A stretch of DNA of 64,000 nucleotides from Carcharhinus longimanus. Lineage: Eukaryota. The DNA lies in assembly GCA_030264375.1 (NCBI GenBank), contig JASCQW010000027.1:117308256-117372255 (forward strand). Direction: 5' to 3'. Within the stretch, counting starts at the first letter, position 1; each line of letters opens with the position of its first letter. Both the position numbers and the translations under genes were made by a program. Below are positions 38,584 through 52,280 of this stretch, piece by piece. The notes beneath the pieces are model-generated. The model ran no database searches. It saw nothing but the letters and a program-made list of their open reading frames with translations, and was not told the DNA's origin.

Positions 38584-38959
38584 CTGCAAAAGATATTCAG
38601 TCAGTTGCTTGTAAGCATAGGTTTCAACAATGCTGTAACATTTTGTAACGTGCAGGATGAGTGGCAAGGCATACTTCAGTCAGATAGAAGTGTGAGTAAC
38701 GTTTTGCCTTCATCTAAACTGAGCTCCTTTCTACAGGTACAGGTGGATATCAAGACATGAAGAACAGGAGATAAGGTTTCTCAACCTAACATTTCCCCCT
38801 CAAAATATCAAAAAAAGGTTGCATTTATTGACCTCAACACTATAGGAGCACTTTCTGCACATCTGCAGATGTAGTCAGTGACATCATGCAGCAATGTTCA
38901 GCCTCAGTTAGGGAATTGTTCCAAAACAAAATGCATCAATTACTAAAGCATGGACAGTC

Positions 38960-39078
38960 ATAAGAACATAAAAGAACATAAGAAATAGGAGGAGTAGGCT
39001 ATCTAGCCCTTCGAGCCTGCCCTGCCATTCAAAAAGATCATGGCTGATCTGAAGTGGATCAGTTCCACTTTCCCGCCA
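38960..39078 (-). mobile_element. Young CR1 3' end
   Basis: Reverse complement of the 9229-9298 family, with (cataagaa)n. Confidence 0.85.
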
Positions 39079-39786
39079 AAGTCACTAACTTTGTGCAGAT
39101 AAGAACAAAAGTTGTAGTTATGGAGAATGGGATTCAGGGCCATATTAGAGATCTTCAACGATGGAAGCTTTAACCTAGAACTTTGTGTTCTCCTCCAATT
39201 GTGGAACTATTGAGCTGTGTCTGAAAGCAAACCAGCCTTGAATAACTCAACAGGATGGGGTGAGCATTAATACAGAAAGTATAGTTAGATAAATTGGCAT
39301 CTCAGCCAGCTACTAAATATTCCAAATCAACAAAGAATCAAACATTGTATCTTAAAGACTCTTTCCTGAACAAAGGGCTGAACAGATCCAAAGGATTCAA
39401 GTCTCAAATAGACAGTTCAGAAATTTCCACTTTCCACAAATTTAAAAATATTAGTGCACTGTAAAAAATAATGCACAAAAATTATAAATATGATGGGGGA
39501 ATTTATAGTTAGACGATTTGAAAAGTGATAGTCACCATCAACCCCAAAACTGAGAACCTTTGGTAAGAGCAATATAAAGCTTCACAGCTGTACAGATACA
39601 CAAACTCTTAGTGTCCACTGATCACAAATTAAAATAAAAACCATGATAGGAGCCCTTAAGGTTTAAAAAAAAACACACATTATGAGGTGCAATTCTAACC
39701 CAAACCTCACCATCACCCACTCCAAGCAAAAGGAAATCAGAAAGTTACTTCAAATGTCTAATTTAGATTAAATTGAAAGGAAGTAC

Positions 39787-39907
39787 TTAAAGCAGTTCTC
39801 TTCATAGATGCTGTTCCACACCCTCCAAGCTGATGGTCCCCTATATCCAGTGTAACGCTCTGGATTCAGGAGAAGATCCATATATTCAGCATCAGGCGAT
39901 AACTCAT
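39787..39907 (-). CDS. ERO1B: ERO1B exon 7
   Basis: AG/GT bounded, 121 nt; [40 protein letters not shown]. Confidence 0.97.
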
Positions 39908-41722
39908 CTGTGGAGAGACATTATTTTCATTTTCAGGAATGAATGTATAGTTTATTTACAGATAAGAAGCAGCACATCAGTTGAGTCAGCATTTATGAAT
40001 AAGAAAGTCAAACTTTTGACATTTCTGATGGGAATGGAGTGTGTACCCTTCATCGGAACAAAAACAACTTGCTAAGTTTAGAAAGAGGAAACTAATTAAC
40101 GAATGTCAATCGTAGCAAGGAGGTTAAATGTACTGAGTAACCCAGGAACTGCTTATAAAAAGACAAACGAAGAAATGCAAAATCATAGAATCCCTACAAT
40201 GCAGGAGGCCATTCAGCCCATCAAGCTTGCACCAACTGACAGAGCATCTTATCCAGGCCTTATCCCCATAACCCCATTTATCCTAATTCCCCTAACCTAC
40301 ACATCTTGGGACATTTAAGGAGAAATTTGGCATGACCAATCAACGTAATCTGCACATCTTTGGAGTGTAGGAGGAAACCAGAGTAAACCCATGCAGACAC
40401 GGGGCGGGCGGGCGGGCGGGGGGGGACATGCAAACTCCACACAGACAGTTACAAGGCTGGAACTAAACCTGGGTTCCTGGCACTGTGAGGCAGCAGTGCT
40501 AACTTGTGCCACCCAAAGAAAACAGACACAAGAATGTGCAAATCAAAAGTACTAAAAAAAAAGACAAGGATAAAAAAAATGTGGGGATAGTGGGCAATGA
40601 GGAAGAAAAATTGAAAATGTAAAAGTTGCATTTAAACAAACAAAGNNNNNNNNNNNNNNNNNNNNNNNNNNNNNNNNNNNNNNNNNNNNNNNNNNNNNNN
40701 NNNNNNNNNNNNNNNNNNNNNNNNNNNNNNNNNNNNNNNNNNNNNAAACAAAGTTGAGAAAACACAGCGATTGGTCAGACCTGCAAAGAAATGTTCACAC
40801 CACAGATCCCGACCTCAGGCACAAACTTACTGGCTCACTGCACTGGTTGATTGGCACAGTGAACTGTTAAGATTGCGTGCAAAGCCAAAAACCCCAGTTT
40901 GCATCCTTGCACACAAGGATGTTTTGCCAACGAGATTTGCCTTGTCTGCAGAAAGGGCGCAAACTCTTATTTGAGGGGGTTTTATTTGGTTTGGAAGGAG
41001 GCCTCCCACTTCATCGGGAGATCAGGGCATTGTGTGCAACAGCCTGAGTGCTCAGAAGCCAGCTTCACTGACATGCTTAGACTACGCGGCCCCCAACCCC
41101 CAGTGCAAATCTTTCTGCTGTCAGAAAAACAGATGAGTCTAGGAAAATTGCAATGCCAAACTCGCCAAAAAAAGGTATGGGCACACTTTTGTTTTCTAAC
41201 CTTTATGACACTTAGAAATTTTGAGAGAAGATTGCATTGTACTCTGACAAATGATTCCCGCCTCCACTTGTCCCTCCTTCCGGAACTTGCGCTGAATTCA
41301 CCTCATACAACATTAGAAGCGAAGACAGATTCGTGTGCGACAGATGAGGAATTAAAATAGCAAGTCACATGGCAGTCAGGGTTTTGCAGACCAATTAACA
41401 AGGTTACCTAATTAATTGGTTTGCTTTCCCAGTGTCGAACAGTAAAGAATGTAACAGCTCACCTCCAACCATACCAAATTCTTTCAGAGTTTACAATGAG
41501 ATGTATTCTTCCAGATATTGTCCTGGTTACAATTTATTTTACAGATTACTCTCCTGTGTTTAGTTCATGTTGCAACTCTTCAGATAATGCTGCCTGCAGG
41601 CACGAACTGTTTCAAGACTTGCACAATATTTAGGATTGGGCTGATAGCTGGCAAGCACCAGGCAAAGCCCAACTCCAACAAGGCAAGAATCTAACAACTT
41701 GCCCTTGGCCTTCAACAGCATT

Positions 41723-41861
41723 GTAAGTAGTCTCACATCACCAGGTTAAAGTCCAACAGGTTTATTTGGTAGCAAACGCCACTAGATTTCAGAGCACTGC
41801 TCCTTCATCAGGTAAGGCCTTACTGTGTTTATCCCAGTCCAACACCGGCATCTCCACATCA
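41723..41861. mobile_element. Penelope-derived mini-insertion nested in an L2/CR1-like LINE
   Basis: Two pieces of the Penelope terminus lie in opposite orientation; a 13-bp flanking duplication reads cttcaacagcatt (41710-41722) and cttcaacaacatt (41862-41874). Confidence 0.8.
41780..41814 (-). ncRNA. Minimal hammerhead ribozyme motif, sense to the ERO1B pre-mRNA
   Basis: uac-CUGAUGA-a-ggagc/agu/gcucu-GAAA-UC-UA-gug. Confidence 0.55.
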
Positions 41862-44800
41862 CTTCAACAACATTCCCATAACTAAATGCTGTCATGACAA
41901 GAACCTCTCGGGGCAGTGACATAAATGCAACGGCTACAAGAGATCAGAACCTGGGTGGTGAATGACTCATCTACTGATTCACCAAAGCCTTTCCACCATC
42001 TTCAAGACAATTCAGAACTGTAAAGAAACATTCTCCACTTGCACAGATGAGTGCAATTCCATAACATTTAAAAAATTTGGTGCCAGCCAGGATAAAACAT
42101 CCAAGATCTTATACACTTCAAGAGAACTGCAACAATTCACGGAGGATTCATCAAGCAAACCTTCCAAACTAGTGTCTTCTACTGCCTATAAAGCACAATA
42201 GCAGCAGGCACACAGAAGCTCCAAACTTGGAAATACAATGCCTTTCCTTGACTATGTGGAAAAAGCCTGGAACTCTCAAATTAACAGCACTGTGGGAATA
42301 TATTCAATATACATACTGTGGTAGTTTACAGAAGTGGCTGATATTCAAAAATTTCTCTGGTTTTGTTTCGAGTGTGAAGGAAATTTTTTTAAGTGTGTGG
42401 TCCCTATGAATTTACTTTGCAAAAAAAATGAAAATCAAGGGCGGAACCTTATCAAGAATTCTCTAAAAAACAGAAGGCAACATAGTAATGTCAAGAGATC
42501 TGGATTGGGTAATGAATGGGCATAACCTCTACCCAGCGGCATAAAACGATAGCCTGAATTACAACAGCGTGAAGCACCCTTCATCACTCTTTGATGAATC
42601 CTTCGCTGGTTGGAGCTGCTTGCAGCCTGCAATAATAAAATCCCCAAAGGCCACAGCACAATGCAACTCCTACACCCCCTTTTTTTTTTTAAGCACACTG
42701 GCTGCTGGAAAGGTAGGTTTGGTCCTGGTAAAACACTTGGGCCAGGGAGAAGGCAAGTGTATGGAATTTGAGAGGTCTGTGCAGTTGGAGGACTCCTGTG
42801 GGGGCACAGGGTCAGGTATACACTAGGGGTTGATTGGTCAGGGGGCTGAGGAGGTGCCTCACACAGGGCTCAGTCTAGGTTTTATAATAGTTATTTTTTT
42901 TATTCTTTCCAACTCTTTCAGAGTAATTATTGGCATAAAACTGGCAAAACCATCCAAAGTCAGCTATTGAAAATTGCTTTGTCAGATGGTCCCCAGCACA
43001 TTGCAATCGCCAAGTGAAGTTAGCACTTATGGACATTTACCATGTAATGCCTTACTTGGGAATTTCAGCAAAAGATTCCCCAACATATCTTTGGGGTCTC
43101 CCCCAAATCCTGACTGAGGAGCTGGGAAGTTGGTGTCATTAAGCTCGAGAGAGAATTGATTTAACTTTTATACTGTTGAAACAAATTCCCTGGATTAATA
43201 TAAATTTTGACTGATTTTACTTCAACTATCTTCAGATGTAGATGCTAACACCATATATCTGTCTCTTAACAATTTAGTCAGTCCTATTGACAAAACCATC
43301 CATGGGATGAGTGTGCCATGGACAAGGTCAGCATTTCATGTCCAGTCCTAATTATCACTTAAAACATGGTGGACAGCCCTATCCAAAGTGCTGCAGTCCA
43401 TCTGTTGTAGGTACAACCTCAGACTTTTAGTGAGGAGTTTCAGGATTTTGACCCAAAGGAACAGTGATATAGTTTCAAGTTAGGATTATGTGGGGCTTGG
43501 ATAGGAACAGAAACAGTGGCACTCCCATATGTTTGCTGCCCTTGTTCTTGTAGGTGACAGAGATTGCAGGTTTGGAAGATGCTGTCAAAGAGGTTTAGTA
43601 AGTTGATGCAGTGCATGTTGTAAATGCTACACATTACTGCCACTGTACCAGTGATGAAAGAAGAGAATGGTGTCCCAGTTAAGCAGGCTGCTTTGCCCTG
43701 GATAGTGTTGATCTTTGAGTGTTGTTGGAGTCACTCATCCATGTAAGTGCACAGTATTCCATGATATTCCCGACATGCCTGGTAGATGACGGTACATGCT
43801 TTGAAAAGTCAGGAGGCAATTTATTCACTTCAGAATTCCCACTATCTGACCTGCTCTCGTAGTCACAGTATTTATATGGTTGGTCCAGTTTAGCTTCTGG
43901 ACAATGGTGACCATCAGGATGGTGACAATGCAAACTCAGTAATTTTAATGCTTTTGAATGTCAAAGATGATGATTAGATTCTCTCGTTGCAAATGGCCAT
44001 TGCCTGGCACTTGCATGCAAGACACAAAAAAGTTACTTGCCACTTCCCAAGGCTGAATGTTGTCCAGGTCTTCCTGCATGCTTCATTATTTGGGGTGTTG
44101 AAAGTGGTATTGAAAACTGTGGAATCGTAAGTGAACAGCCCCACTTCTGACTGACCTTATGATGGAGCATCTGAAGATTGTTGGGCCTAGAACACTATCC
44201 GGAGGAGCTCCTAGAGTAGAGTAAAGCTCTGGGCCTGGGCTGCTTGGCCTCCAACCACCACAAACACCTTGCATGTGTTAGTTGTGATCCCAGCCTGTGC
44301 AGATCCCAGAGTTCTAAAATGCCACACATTCAAATTCTGCCTTGATGACAATGGCAACCAACAACCTCTGGATTTCCGCTCTTTTGACTATGTTGGACCA
44401 ATGCGGTTATATGGCCAAGAGTTAAATGACCGTAGCAGAATCCTAATCTGAGCACAGATAAACAGGTCACTGCTGTGTAAGTGCCATTTGATAGAACTCA
44501 GCGAAATCTTCCATCACAATACTAATGATGATGTTATCTGACGGAGTGCTAATTGGCTGGTTTAGATTTGTCCTGCTTTTTTTTGGAGACTACATAATTC
44601 ATCAATTTTCCAATTGCTGGATTGATGCCAGTGTTGTTGCTGTTCTGGAAAAAGTTGGCTAGGAGTGTAGCTAAGTCTGTTGTATAGCTGGAATGTTGTC
44701 AAGGCCCACAGATCTTATTGCAGCCAGTGCATCAGCAGTTTCCTGATACCACATGGAATGAATCAAGTTAGCGGAAGACGAGGTCTCTAATTGTGGGGAT

Positions 44801-46460
44801 CAGAGAAAGAGACTGAGATGCATTGTCCATTTGGCACTTCTGGCTGAAGATGATTGCAAACATGGCAGTCTTGTCTTTTGCACTCAAACTGTGCCCCACT
44901 AGCATGGAAGACAGATATGTGGAACTCTCATCCTGTTGCTTGTTCAATTGTCTACCAACATTCATGACTGATGTGACAGGACTGCAGAGCTTTAATCTGA
45001 GGGCAGCAATGCTGCTTCAGTGCTGGGGACCCTTGTTCAATTCCGACCTCAAGTCGCTGCATGCATGGAGTTTGCATGCTCTCCCCATGTCAATGTGAGT
45101 TTCTTCTAGGTGCTCCTGTTTCCTCCAACAGTTCAAAGCCGTGCTGTTTAGTTGCATTAAGTCAGAGTGTGTCGACTGGGGGAATTTCACAGTAACTTCA
45201 TTGTCGTGTTAATGTAAGCCTATTTATGACTAATAAAAGTAAATAAAATCTGAGTTGGCTGTGGGATTGCTAATCACATGCTGCTTTTGCTACTTAGCAT
45301 ATATATAGTCCTCCACTGCACCTTTCATAGGTAGCCACCTCATTTTTAGGTATACCTGAAGCTGTTCTTGGCATGCTCCATTACACTCCTCATTTAACTA
45401 AGGTTGATCTTCTGCCTTGATGACAATGCAGACTGAAGGGTATACTGGGCAAATTAGATGGCAAATACAATTCCACTGCTGCTGATGGCTCACAATGCCT
45501 CATGTATACCCAAATTTGAACTACTAGATCTATTCTGAATCATTTAATATTTTGATAATGCCACACAACACAGAGGGTGTCCTATATGTCCAATAGAGGT
45601 TGGGACTTCATCACAACAAAGACTATTTGGTGACCATTCCTACCAATGCAGTTATGGATAAATGCATCTGACAGGCAGGTTGTTGAGGATAAGATCAACC
45701 GATCTTTTCCTTTTGTTGATCCCTCATTACCTGCTACAGACCCGAGTATGGCATATATGCCTTTCAGGACTTGGCCAACTTGGTCAGTAGTGGTGTTACT
45801 GAGTCATTCTTCTGCCGTAGCTCCCAACTGAGTACACTCTGTGTGTTGCTACTGTCAGTGCTTTCTCTAAGTGGTGTTGAGCATGAAGTGGCAAATAGGA
45901 AGAGGTACATCAGCAGGTGGTTTCCTTGCCCATCTTGACCTTATGCCATGGGATACCTTGAGGCCCAGAGTTAATGCTGAGGACTCCCAGGGCAATTCCC
46001 TCTTAACTATACACCACTGTGATTGCTGATAGAAAGATTTGTTCATAATAGAATATAAAATGGAAAACAAAAAAAAAATTAAAATAATTGCAATATCTCA
46101 TAGCACTGTTCATTGGGAATCAAAGCATTGTGTGATCTTCAGGCAAATGTGCTCAGAGAGCAAGGAATTTCATGCAAATGAAATTCAGTTCTCAATTTAA
46201 AATCACACATTAAGAATGGAAATTGCACATGTAAATATTTCAAGCTGGAATTGGATCATGCTGCCAGTGGTGCTGGTGATCAACATTGTCTGGAAACTAG
46301 CCAAATACAGGGATCAGAGTCAGTTCTTTTAACCACTGATTATTATTGAGCATTTGCAGTGCTTTTGTTTAAACTTCATTTAATTATTAAATATATTTAC
46401 ATAAAATAATCTGGAATTCTTAAACATAAATGCAACACTAGAATGTCACAAGATCCTTAC

Positions 46461-46534
46461 CATCAAGTTCACAAAAATGGTCTTGTGCATCATCGTATCT
46501 TGCCCAATCAATGAAAGCTTCTTTTGTTTGGTTA
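46461..46534 (-). CDS. ERO1B: ERO1B exon 6
   Basis: AG/GT bounded, 74 nt; (S)[24 protein letters not shown]. Confidence 0.96.
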
Positions 46535-47358
46535 CTAAGGACAAAAGAAGAGTGATTTTGTACAGGAATATAAACATGTCAACCAAGCAGTACAATTATA
46601 ATACCACTTAAACATACAACACATCACAAGTCTAGTTAATTGCCTCTGATGTTGCAGAATCAAATTGATGAATATAAGTTTTATTTTTCTAATATACTTT
46701 TCCAACTGTGTTGCTGCCTTGTAAAAATGTTAGAACCTCACTCCATAGGGCTATTTAAAATGGCCAAAGCATGCAACCACCCCACAATAGTGGACAAAGA
46801 AATTTAATAAGAAATATTGACACAGAAGAATGACCAAAAACCTCAATGAAGTATGGTTTGTTGACAGGAAATGTGCATCACATGCAAGATGTTACAATAA
46901 AATAGAAACAAAATATGGAGATGCTGGAGATCTGTAGTAAAAACAGAAAATACTGCAAAAACTTCCAGTGTCTGTGGAGAGAGAAACAAATGATATCTCT
47001 GCTTCTCTCTCCAGAGGTGCAGCCAGACCTGAGATTTATTGTTAATTTACACAAGAGCATTAGAGGCATAAAGACAATATTAGAAGTAACAAAAGGATGC
47101 CAATGCAGGAGTGAATAAATGTAGTAAATCCCAACGTAAAGTTAAATAAATAACAAACAAGATGATATTAAACAGCAATACATACTCCTTTTCATTCACT
47201 TGATATGGGATGGGAGAGCATGCAGAGAGCACAACTGATGCTTTTGCATTTAACAAATAAGTGCAAATATGTTCTGCAGTGACTGCATTTTCCTGAACGC
47301 TCAATCCACTTTCCAAATTTTCAAAGTTATTTAATATAGGATACCAACACCAGTGACT

Positions 47359-47650
47359 ATAAGAACATAAGGACATAAGAAATAGGAACAGGAGTAGGCC
47401 ATCTGGCCCTTCGAGCCTGCCCCGCCATTCAATAAGATCATGGCTGATCNNNNNNNNNNNNNNNNNNNNNNNNNNNNNNNNNNNNNNNNNNNNNNNNNNN
47501 NNNNNNNNNNNNNNNNNNNNNNNNNNNNNNNNNNNNNNNNNNNNNNNNNCTCCGCACAATTTGCCGTTCCACCAATCTTGGTGTCATCAGCAAATTTCGA
47601 CACCATACACTCGGTTCCCTCCTCCAAATCATCTATATAAATGGTAAATG
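47359..47650 (-). mobile_element. Young CR1 (3' tail plus RT piece) collapsed across a 100-N gap
   Basis: KFADDTKIGG and the same tail family as 9229-9298. Confidence 0.85.
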
Positions 47651-47790
47651 CTTATGTTTCCCTGGGCTCCCTTTCTCTAGTGACATGTGGAAAATGTCCA
47701 ATCCCTGTACTCAGACAGATTTTTAAGACTGTTTAAATCTTGAAGATAAATGAAATGTGATGTAATTTTAAAAGCATTAAATATACACAA

Positions 47791-47906
47791 TGGCCAGAAT
47801 TTTACTAGCGCACCTGCCCCGATTCGGCTCACAGAACAGATTTTTCCGTAGGCCTCAGGCAGAATTTTACGAGTCTTGCCCAAGCGGAGTATAAAATCCT
47901 GGCCAA
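47791..47906. mobile_element. Small MITE-like element
   Basis: Terminal inverted repeats tggccagaatttta / taaaatcctggcca around a CpG-rich core. Confidence 0.55.
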
Positions 47907-49035
47907 TAGCACCTCGATTTCTGATCGCATATTTGTGCTGAAATAAGAACGTTTTTAACATCGCAATGTAGAACTGAAAGTGAAGTTTGCAGGGCTATTC
48001 ATTTCAATTTCATGTGTCAAAAGCTTTCAAGATTTGCCAGTAATACTTTGAATCTGGTCAGCAGTAAAAATAGTACAAAAGTTGGATCAGAAGCCTCTGT
48101 CAGCACCTTGCTTTACATTTACTGCAAAAAAATGTTTTAAGCTGTGTACTTTCTAACCTTTGAGAGATTAAACAAAAATAATTGATTTCAAAAATTTTTT
48201 TAAAAATCTGTGCGCTCAAAGTGTTCAAACTATTGACATCTTTATCCAAAAGTAGCCATTGACCGGAAACTAAACTAGACTTGCCATACAAGTATGTGGC
48301 ACTACAGGGCAGGTCCCGAGATTAGGAACTGCATGGCAAGTAACTCTCCTCCTGATTTCTCAAAGCCTGTGCACCATCTACAAGGCACAAATCAAGAGCA
48401 TGATGGAACACTCTCCACTTGCCTGGATGAGCACAGATCCAACTCAAAGCTCAATACCATTGAGAGAAAGCAAGCTGCTTGACTGGGTTCCCAATCCGCA
48501 TGCATTCACCCCCTCCCTCCATCACTGATGCACAGTGGCAGCAGTGTGTAGCATCTACAAGATGCACTGCAGCAACTCACCAAGGCTCTTTAGACAGCAC
48601 CTTCCAAACCCACAACCTCTGCCATCTACAAAGGTAGCAGATGCATAAGAAAACCACCATTTGGAAGTTCCCCTCCAAGTGACACACAACCTGATTTGGA
48701 AACGTACTGTCATTCCTACATGGTCACTGGGTCAAAGTCCTGTCTCGCCTTCTCTAACAAACAGTGGTGTACCTCTACCACATGGACTGCAATGGTTTCA
48801 GAAGGCATTTCACGACCACCTTCTCAAGAGCAATTAAACATGGGCAATAAATGCTGGCCTAGCCTGCATGTCCACTTTCCCTGAAAAAACTGCTGCATCT
48901 TTTTATAGCAAGTAGTGGGCAATGGGAGATGGGTGGTGGGAATCAACAGACTCTGCTAAAATCAAAACCACAGCTAACCTCATTAAGGTTAGCACAAATA
49001 AAACTACAGCTAAATCAATGAATTAATAGTCTCAC

Positions 49036-49118
49036 CTTAATGTGCTATTGACAGCTCCAAGCTTATTTGCTTCCTCACAGTCTTGCAAATCTTTGACTGT
49101 ATTCGCTTCCACAGAATA
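49036..49118 (-). CDS. ERO1B: ERO1B exon 5
   Basis: AG/GT bounded, 83 nt; YSVEANTVKDLQDCEEANKLGAVNSTL, including the regulatory Cys130 equivalent. Confidence 0.95.
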
Positions 49119-49530
49119 CTAAAAAACAAATCAGTAAATTAAGCAAGTATCTGGAACAAAATCTAAATTAACTGCACTTACTGCAAAAATTGAAAATATA
49201 TTACTGCAATCAGTTTATGTAAAGTTTCAGGATAAAAACACACTTTGATTTCAATTAGATTGTTACTTTAAAATCAGAAAATAGTAAAAATTATGGGCAT
49301 TTTCACATACATAAAGAACATCTGAAGTACAAATACAGGGATTTGTTTATTCCATGTTACTTTGGCACTTGTGCAAAAGTTTGCATCTGTATAGAGATCA
49401 TTTGTTATTTTAAACATTTATCCTTACATTGCCACATGCTTAACTATCATGCCAAGCCCTTTGTACAAAAGGTCAGGCATAAAGGTCAACTCAAATATAT
49501 TTACATGAACTTTACTAGATATCAACTTGC

Positions 49531-49572
49531 CTTGTTGTAATTAGCTGCTTTAATTCCAATCGGAATCTCACT
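49531..49572 (-). CDS. ERO1B: ERO1B exon 4 (GC donor)
   Basis: ttttag| acceptor; 42 nt encoding SEIPIGIKAANYNK; the donor is AAG|GCAAGT. Confidence 0.9.
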
Positions 49573-50249
49573 CTAAAAATGAAAACAATGTGTTAAAATA
49601 GATAACTGCAATTGAAATTAGCTCTTTACGAAGGTCCCCACGACATGCCAAGGAAACTATAGGAACAATTGCTTAATTTAACTTGTTACTTCTCAATTAC
49701 TCTACTTTAGATTGGGGCAATTATATTTAAACAATTTATTTGATTTAATTTAATAAACAATTATGCTGGCTGTTGTGCTACAACCACTTCTCCAGCTTAC
49801 TTGCTCACTAAAGCCTGCTGGTCAACCCCTTCAGGTCCCTTTACTTTTGCTGCCCACTCTTGCTCCCTTTGCTCAACTTGAGAGCTCTGTTTCATTAATA
49901 CGCTGTCTGACTACGTCACTATTTCAAATATTCTGCCTGCTTCCATGTTTCTTGGGTACCCACACTGCGAGTAAGACAATCAGATTTCTAAGCTTTGAGG
50001 AAGAGGTATCATGCAACATTTGGGAAGTGTTGGTATATTCACATGCAAATATCACTGAATGGCAGAACAGGATCAAGGAGCTAAATGCCTGTACTTACAA
50101 CTATGTTTTGAGCGCTGCTACTATACATATATGGTTCAAGATTTGTGATTCAAGTGTTCCCTTTGCAAAATCCTGCACAACAATTTCTATTTAATATAAA
50201 AATATTGACACCCTGATCAAAATTTCTGTATAACATCTCCAGACCTTAC

Positions 50250-50333
50250 CTCAGAGCAAGGTTTTACATGGCAGTCCTTAATCGAGCAGTGTCCATCATT
50301 GGACCAGAAAGGACAAGGCCTCTTCAAATTAAC
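50250..50333 (-). CDS. ERO1B: ERO1B exon 3 with shuttle and regulatory cysteines
   Basis: AG/GT bounded, 84 nt; [28 protein letters not shown]. Confidence 0.97.
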
Positions 50334-52160
50334 CTATTAAACAAAGTATACACTAATATAATCAGCATATGTCTAAACATTTAAATATATAGGAACATTT
50401 ACAAGGCTATGTGGAACTAACAAGGAGTGAGATTAAATGGATAGATTTTTCAAAGAGCAGAATGGATATGATGATCTTTAAGGCCATCCCAAAATAACGA
50501 TTTAGCCTGTATGGTCAGCTGTGGCTGTGTGGATAATACCTGCGTCTCAGAAGATTGTAGGTTTAAGTTATACTCTGTAGACCATAGCACAAAAAAATCT
50601 AGGCCAACGCTTCTTCAGTCCTGACGGAGTGACAGCAGCTCTGATGGTGTATCTTTTGGAATAGAAGTTAAACTGACGGATACATTATTTTTAGGAAGAG
50701 CAGTGGCACTATATCCCAGTTGTCCAGACTAGTATTTCCTCCTCAAACACCATCACAAAAATATACCGAGTCATTGCTATTTGTGGCAGCTTGTGATCTG
50801 AAAAATGGCTCCTGTGTTTCCTACATGACAGTGACTACTCTTCGAAAATACTTCACTGGCTGTAAGTATTTTGGGATATCCTGTGGTCATGAAAGGTGCT
50901 ACAAAAATTGGTCTTTTGTTTTTTTAAGAAATGAATGGGTGGGGCACAGTTGATGTAAGCAGGATATTTCTGCTTGTGGAAGAATTTAAAATAAATCTAA
51001 GATGATGACTAATAAATTCAGTAGGGAAACGAGCAGAAACTTCTTCACTCAGTATGCAGAATGTGGAAATTGCTATCATAAGTGGCTGAGCCAAAAGAGC
51101 TTAGATGCATTGGACACTGACAGCTATGACACACGTGGGTTCTTCAGTGCACTCGAGACCATTTGCAGCCCAAGCACCCACTCCAGAGAGCTACAGTGTG
51201 ATGCTTCGAGTAGAGAGAGGCAATCAACGCTCATTAAAAGGAGCACTTCAAGAATCTCCTTAACAGTGACTCAGTCCTTAATATGAATACCCTTAACCAC
51301 ATTCCAAAGCACACTACCACCTCAGCACAATCCCAACCCAGCATGAGGCTGGGAGGCCAACTGACAGCTAAGAACTAATATGACTGGCAGCATAGATGCT
51401 TCCTCAAAATCCTGCAAGTTCATCCATATGCCTGATGCAAGATTTCTTCTTTTAAAACCTAGGTAAGTCCGAGGGAAGATTTAACTTGGGTGATAAGGAA
51501 TTTAGATGGAGTGGATTGAAAGAACCCATTTCCGTTACCTGAGAAGTTGGTAACAAGCATTTTTTGAAAGTAATTGGTCGAAGGGTTAGATGGGAGTTGA
51601 GATAGCGAACATATGGAACTCATCACCTGAAAAAGATGGGAGAGGCAGAACTGCTTGTCACATTTAAAAATACTTGAATATCTACCAGAGGTGTTGCAAC
51701 ATACAGGGCTATGAACTAAGAACTGGGAGGCAGGGTGGGATCAGACTGAGCAGCAACTTCTCAGCCGGAACAGATGAGATTGGTCTCCTACACAAGTTTT
51801 TATATTGCAAAATCATTCCTTTCAATGCACTTATGTTAACATACACAATGAATACAATGCTGCTTCAAATCTGACATGAAACAAGTCTTAATGTGAAAGA
51901 ATCACTATTTTATCAAGTCTATACATCAGGATACGATCCAGTAGTTACACTTGCCCTCAGTGGCAAGTTAACACATCCCTCCCCCACAAACCCCCCTTAC
52001 TCCTCACCACAGACTCAAACAAATACATTCACTTTGGATTAGTTCTGTCATGATTAAAATTTGGTCCTTATTACAAAATAATGCACAAAACCAACTTGTA
52101 TTTTAATGAATCTTATGACAAACATTATTGGAAAAACTTAAATTAAGTTGAGCATCTTAC

Positions 52161-52280
52161 CTTGTAATATCTGAAATAATCCCTTTCGAGCAATTTTTGT
52201 AGTTTAGGGAAGATCTTGTAGCTGTTGAAGTCATCAATGCTCTCGATGTCACAGAAACAGTCATCCAAGACACCCGTCAT
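52161..52280 (-). CDS. ERO1B: ERO1B exon 2 (exon 1 with the signal peptide is outside the window)
   Basis: AG/GT bounded, 120 nt; [40 protein letters not shown]. Confidence 0.97.

Noticed and set aside
39775-39786. Possible U12-type donor after ERO1B exon 7 (GTACTTCC)
   Set aside because: It does not match the U12 consensus GTATCCTT and is treated as a weak U2 donor.
40400-40426. (GGGC)n G-quadruplex-like tract
   Set aside because: It is a slippage expansion inside a V-SINE copy, with no sign of function.
40899-41360. 153-aa plus-strand ORF
   Set aside because: It lies in a repeat-like intronic segment with no recognisable homology; probably a chance ORF.
49763-50194. 143-aa plus-strand ORF antisense to ERO1B intron 3
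   Set aside because: It begins in low-complexity pyrimidine-rich sequence and shows no motif support.
354-52280. Alternative assignment as GPR137C/ERO1A
   Set aside because: Diagnostic segments ([38 protein letters not shown]) and the total length fit ERO1B.
52278-52280. In-frame ATG at the start of ERO1B exon 2 as the gene start
   Set aside because: It is immediately preceded by a normal polypyrimidine/AG acceptor and would lack the signal peptide; exon 1 is expected outside the window.
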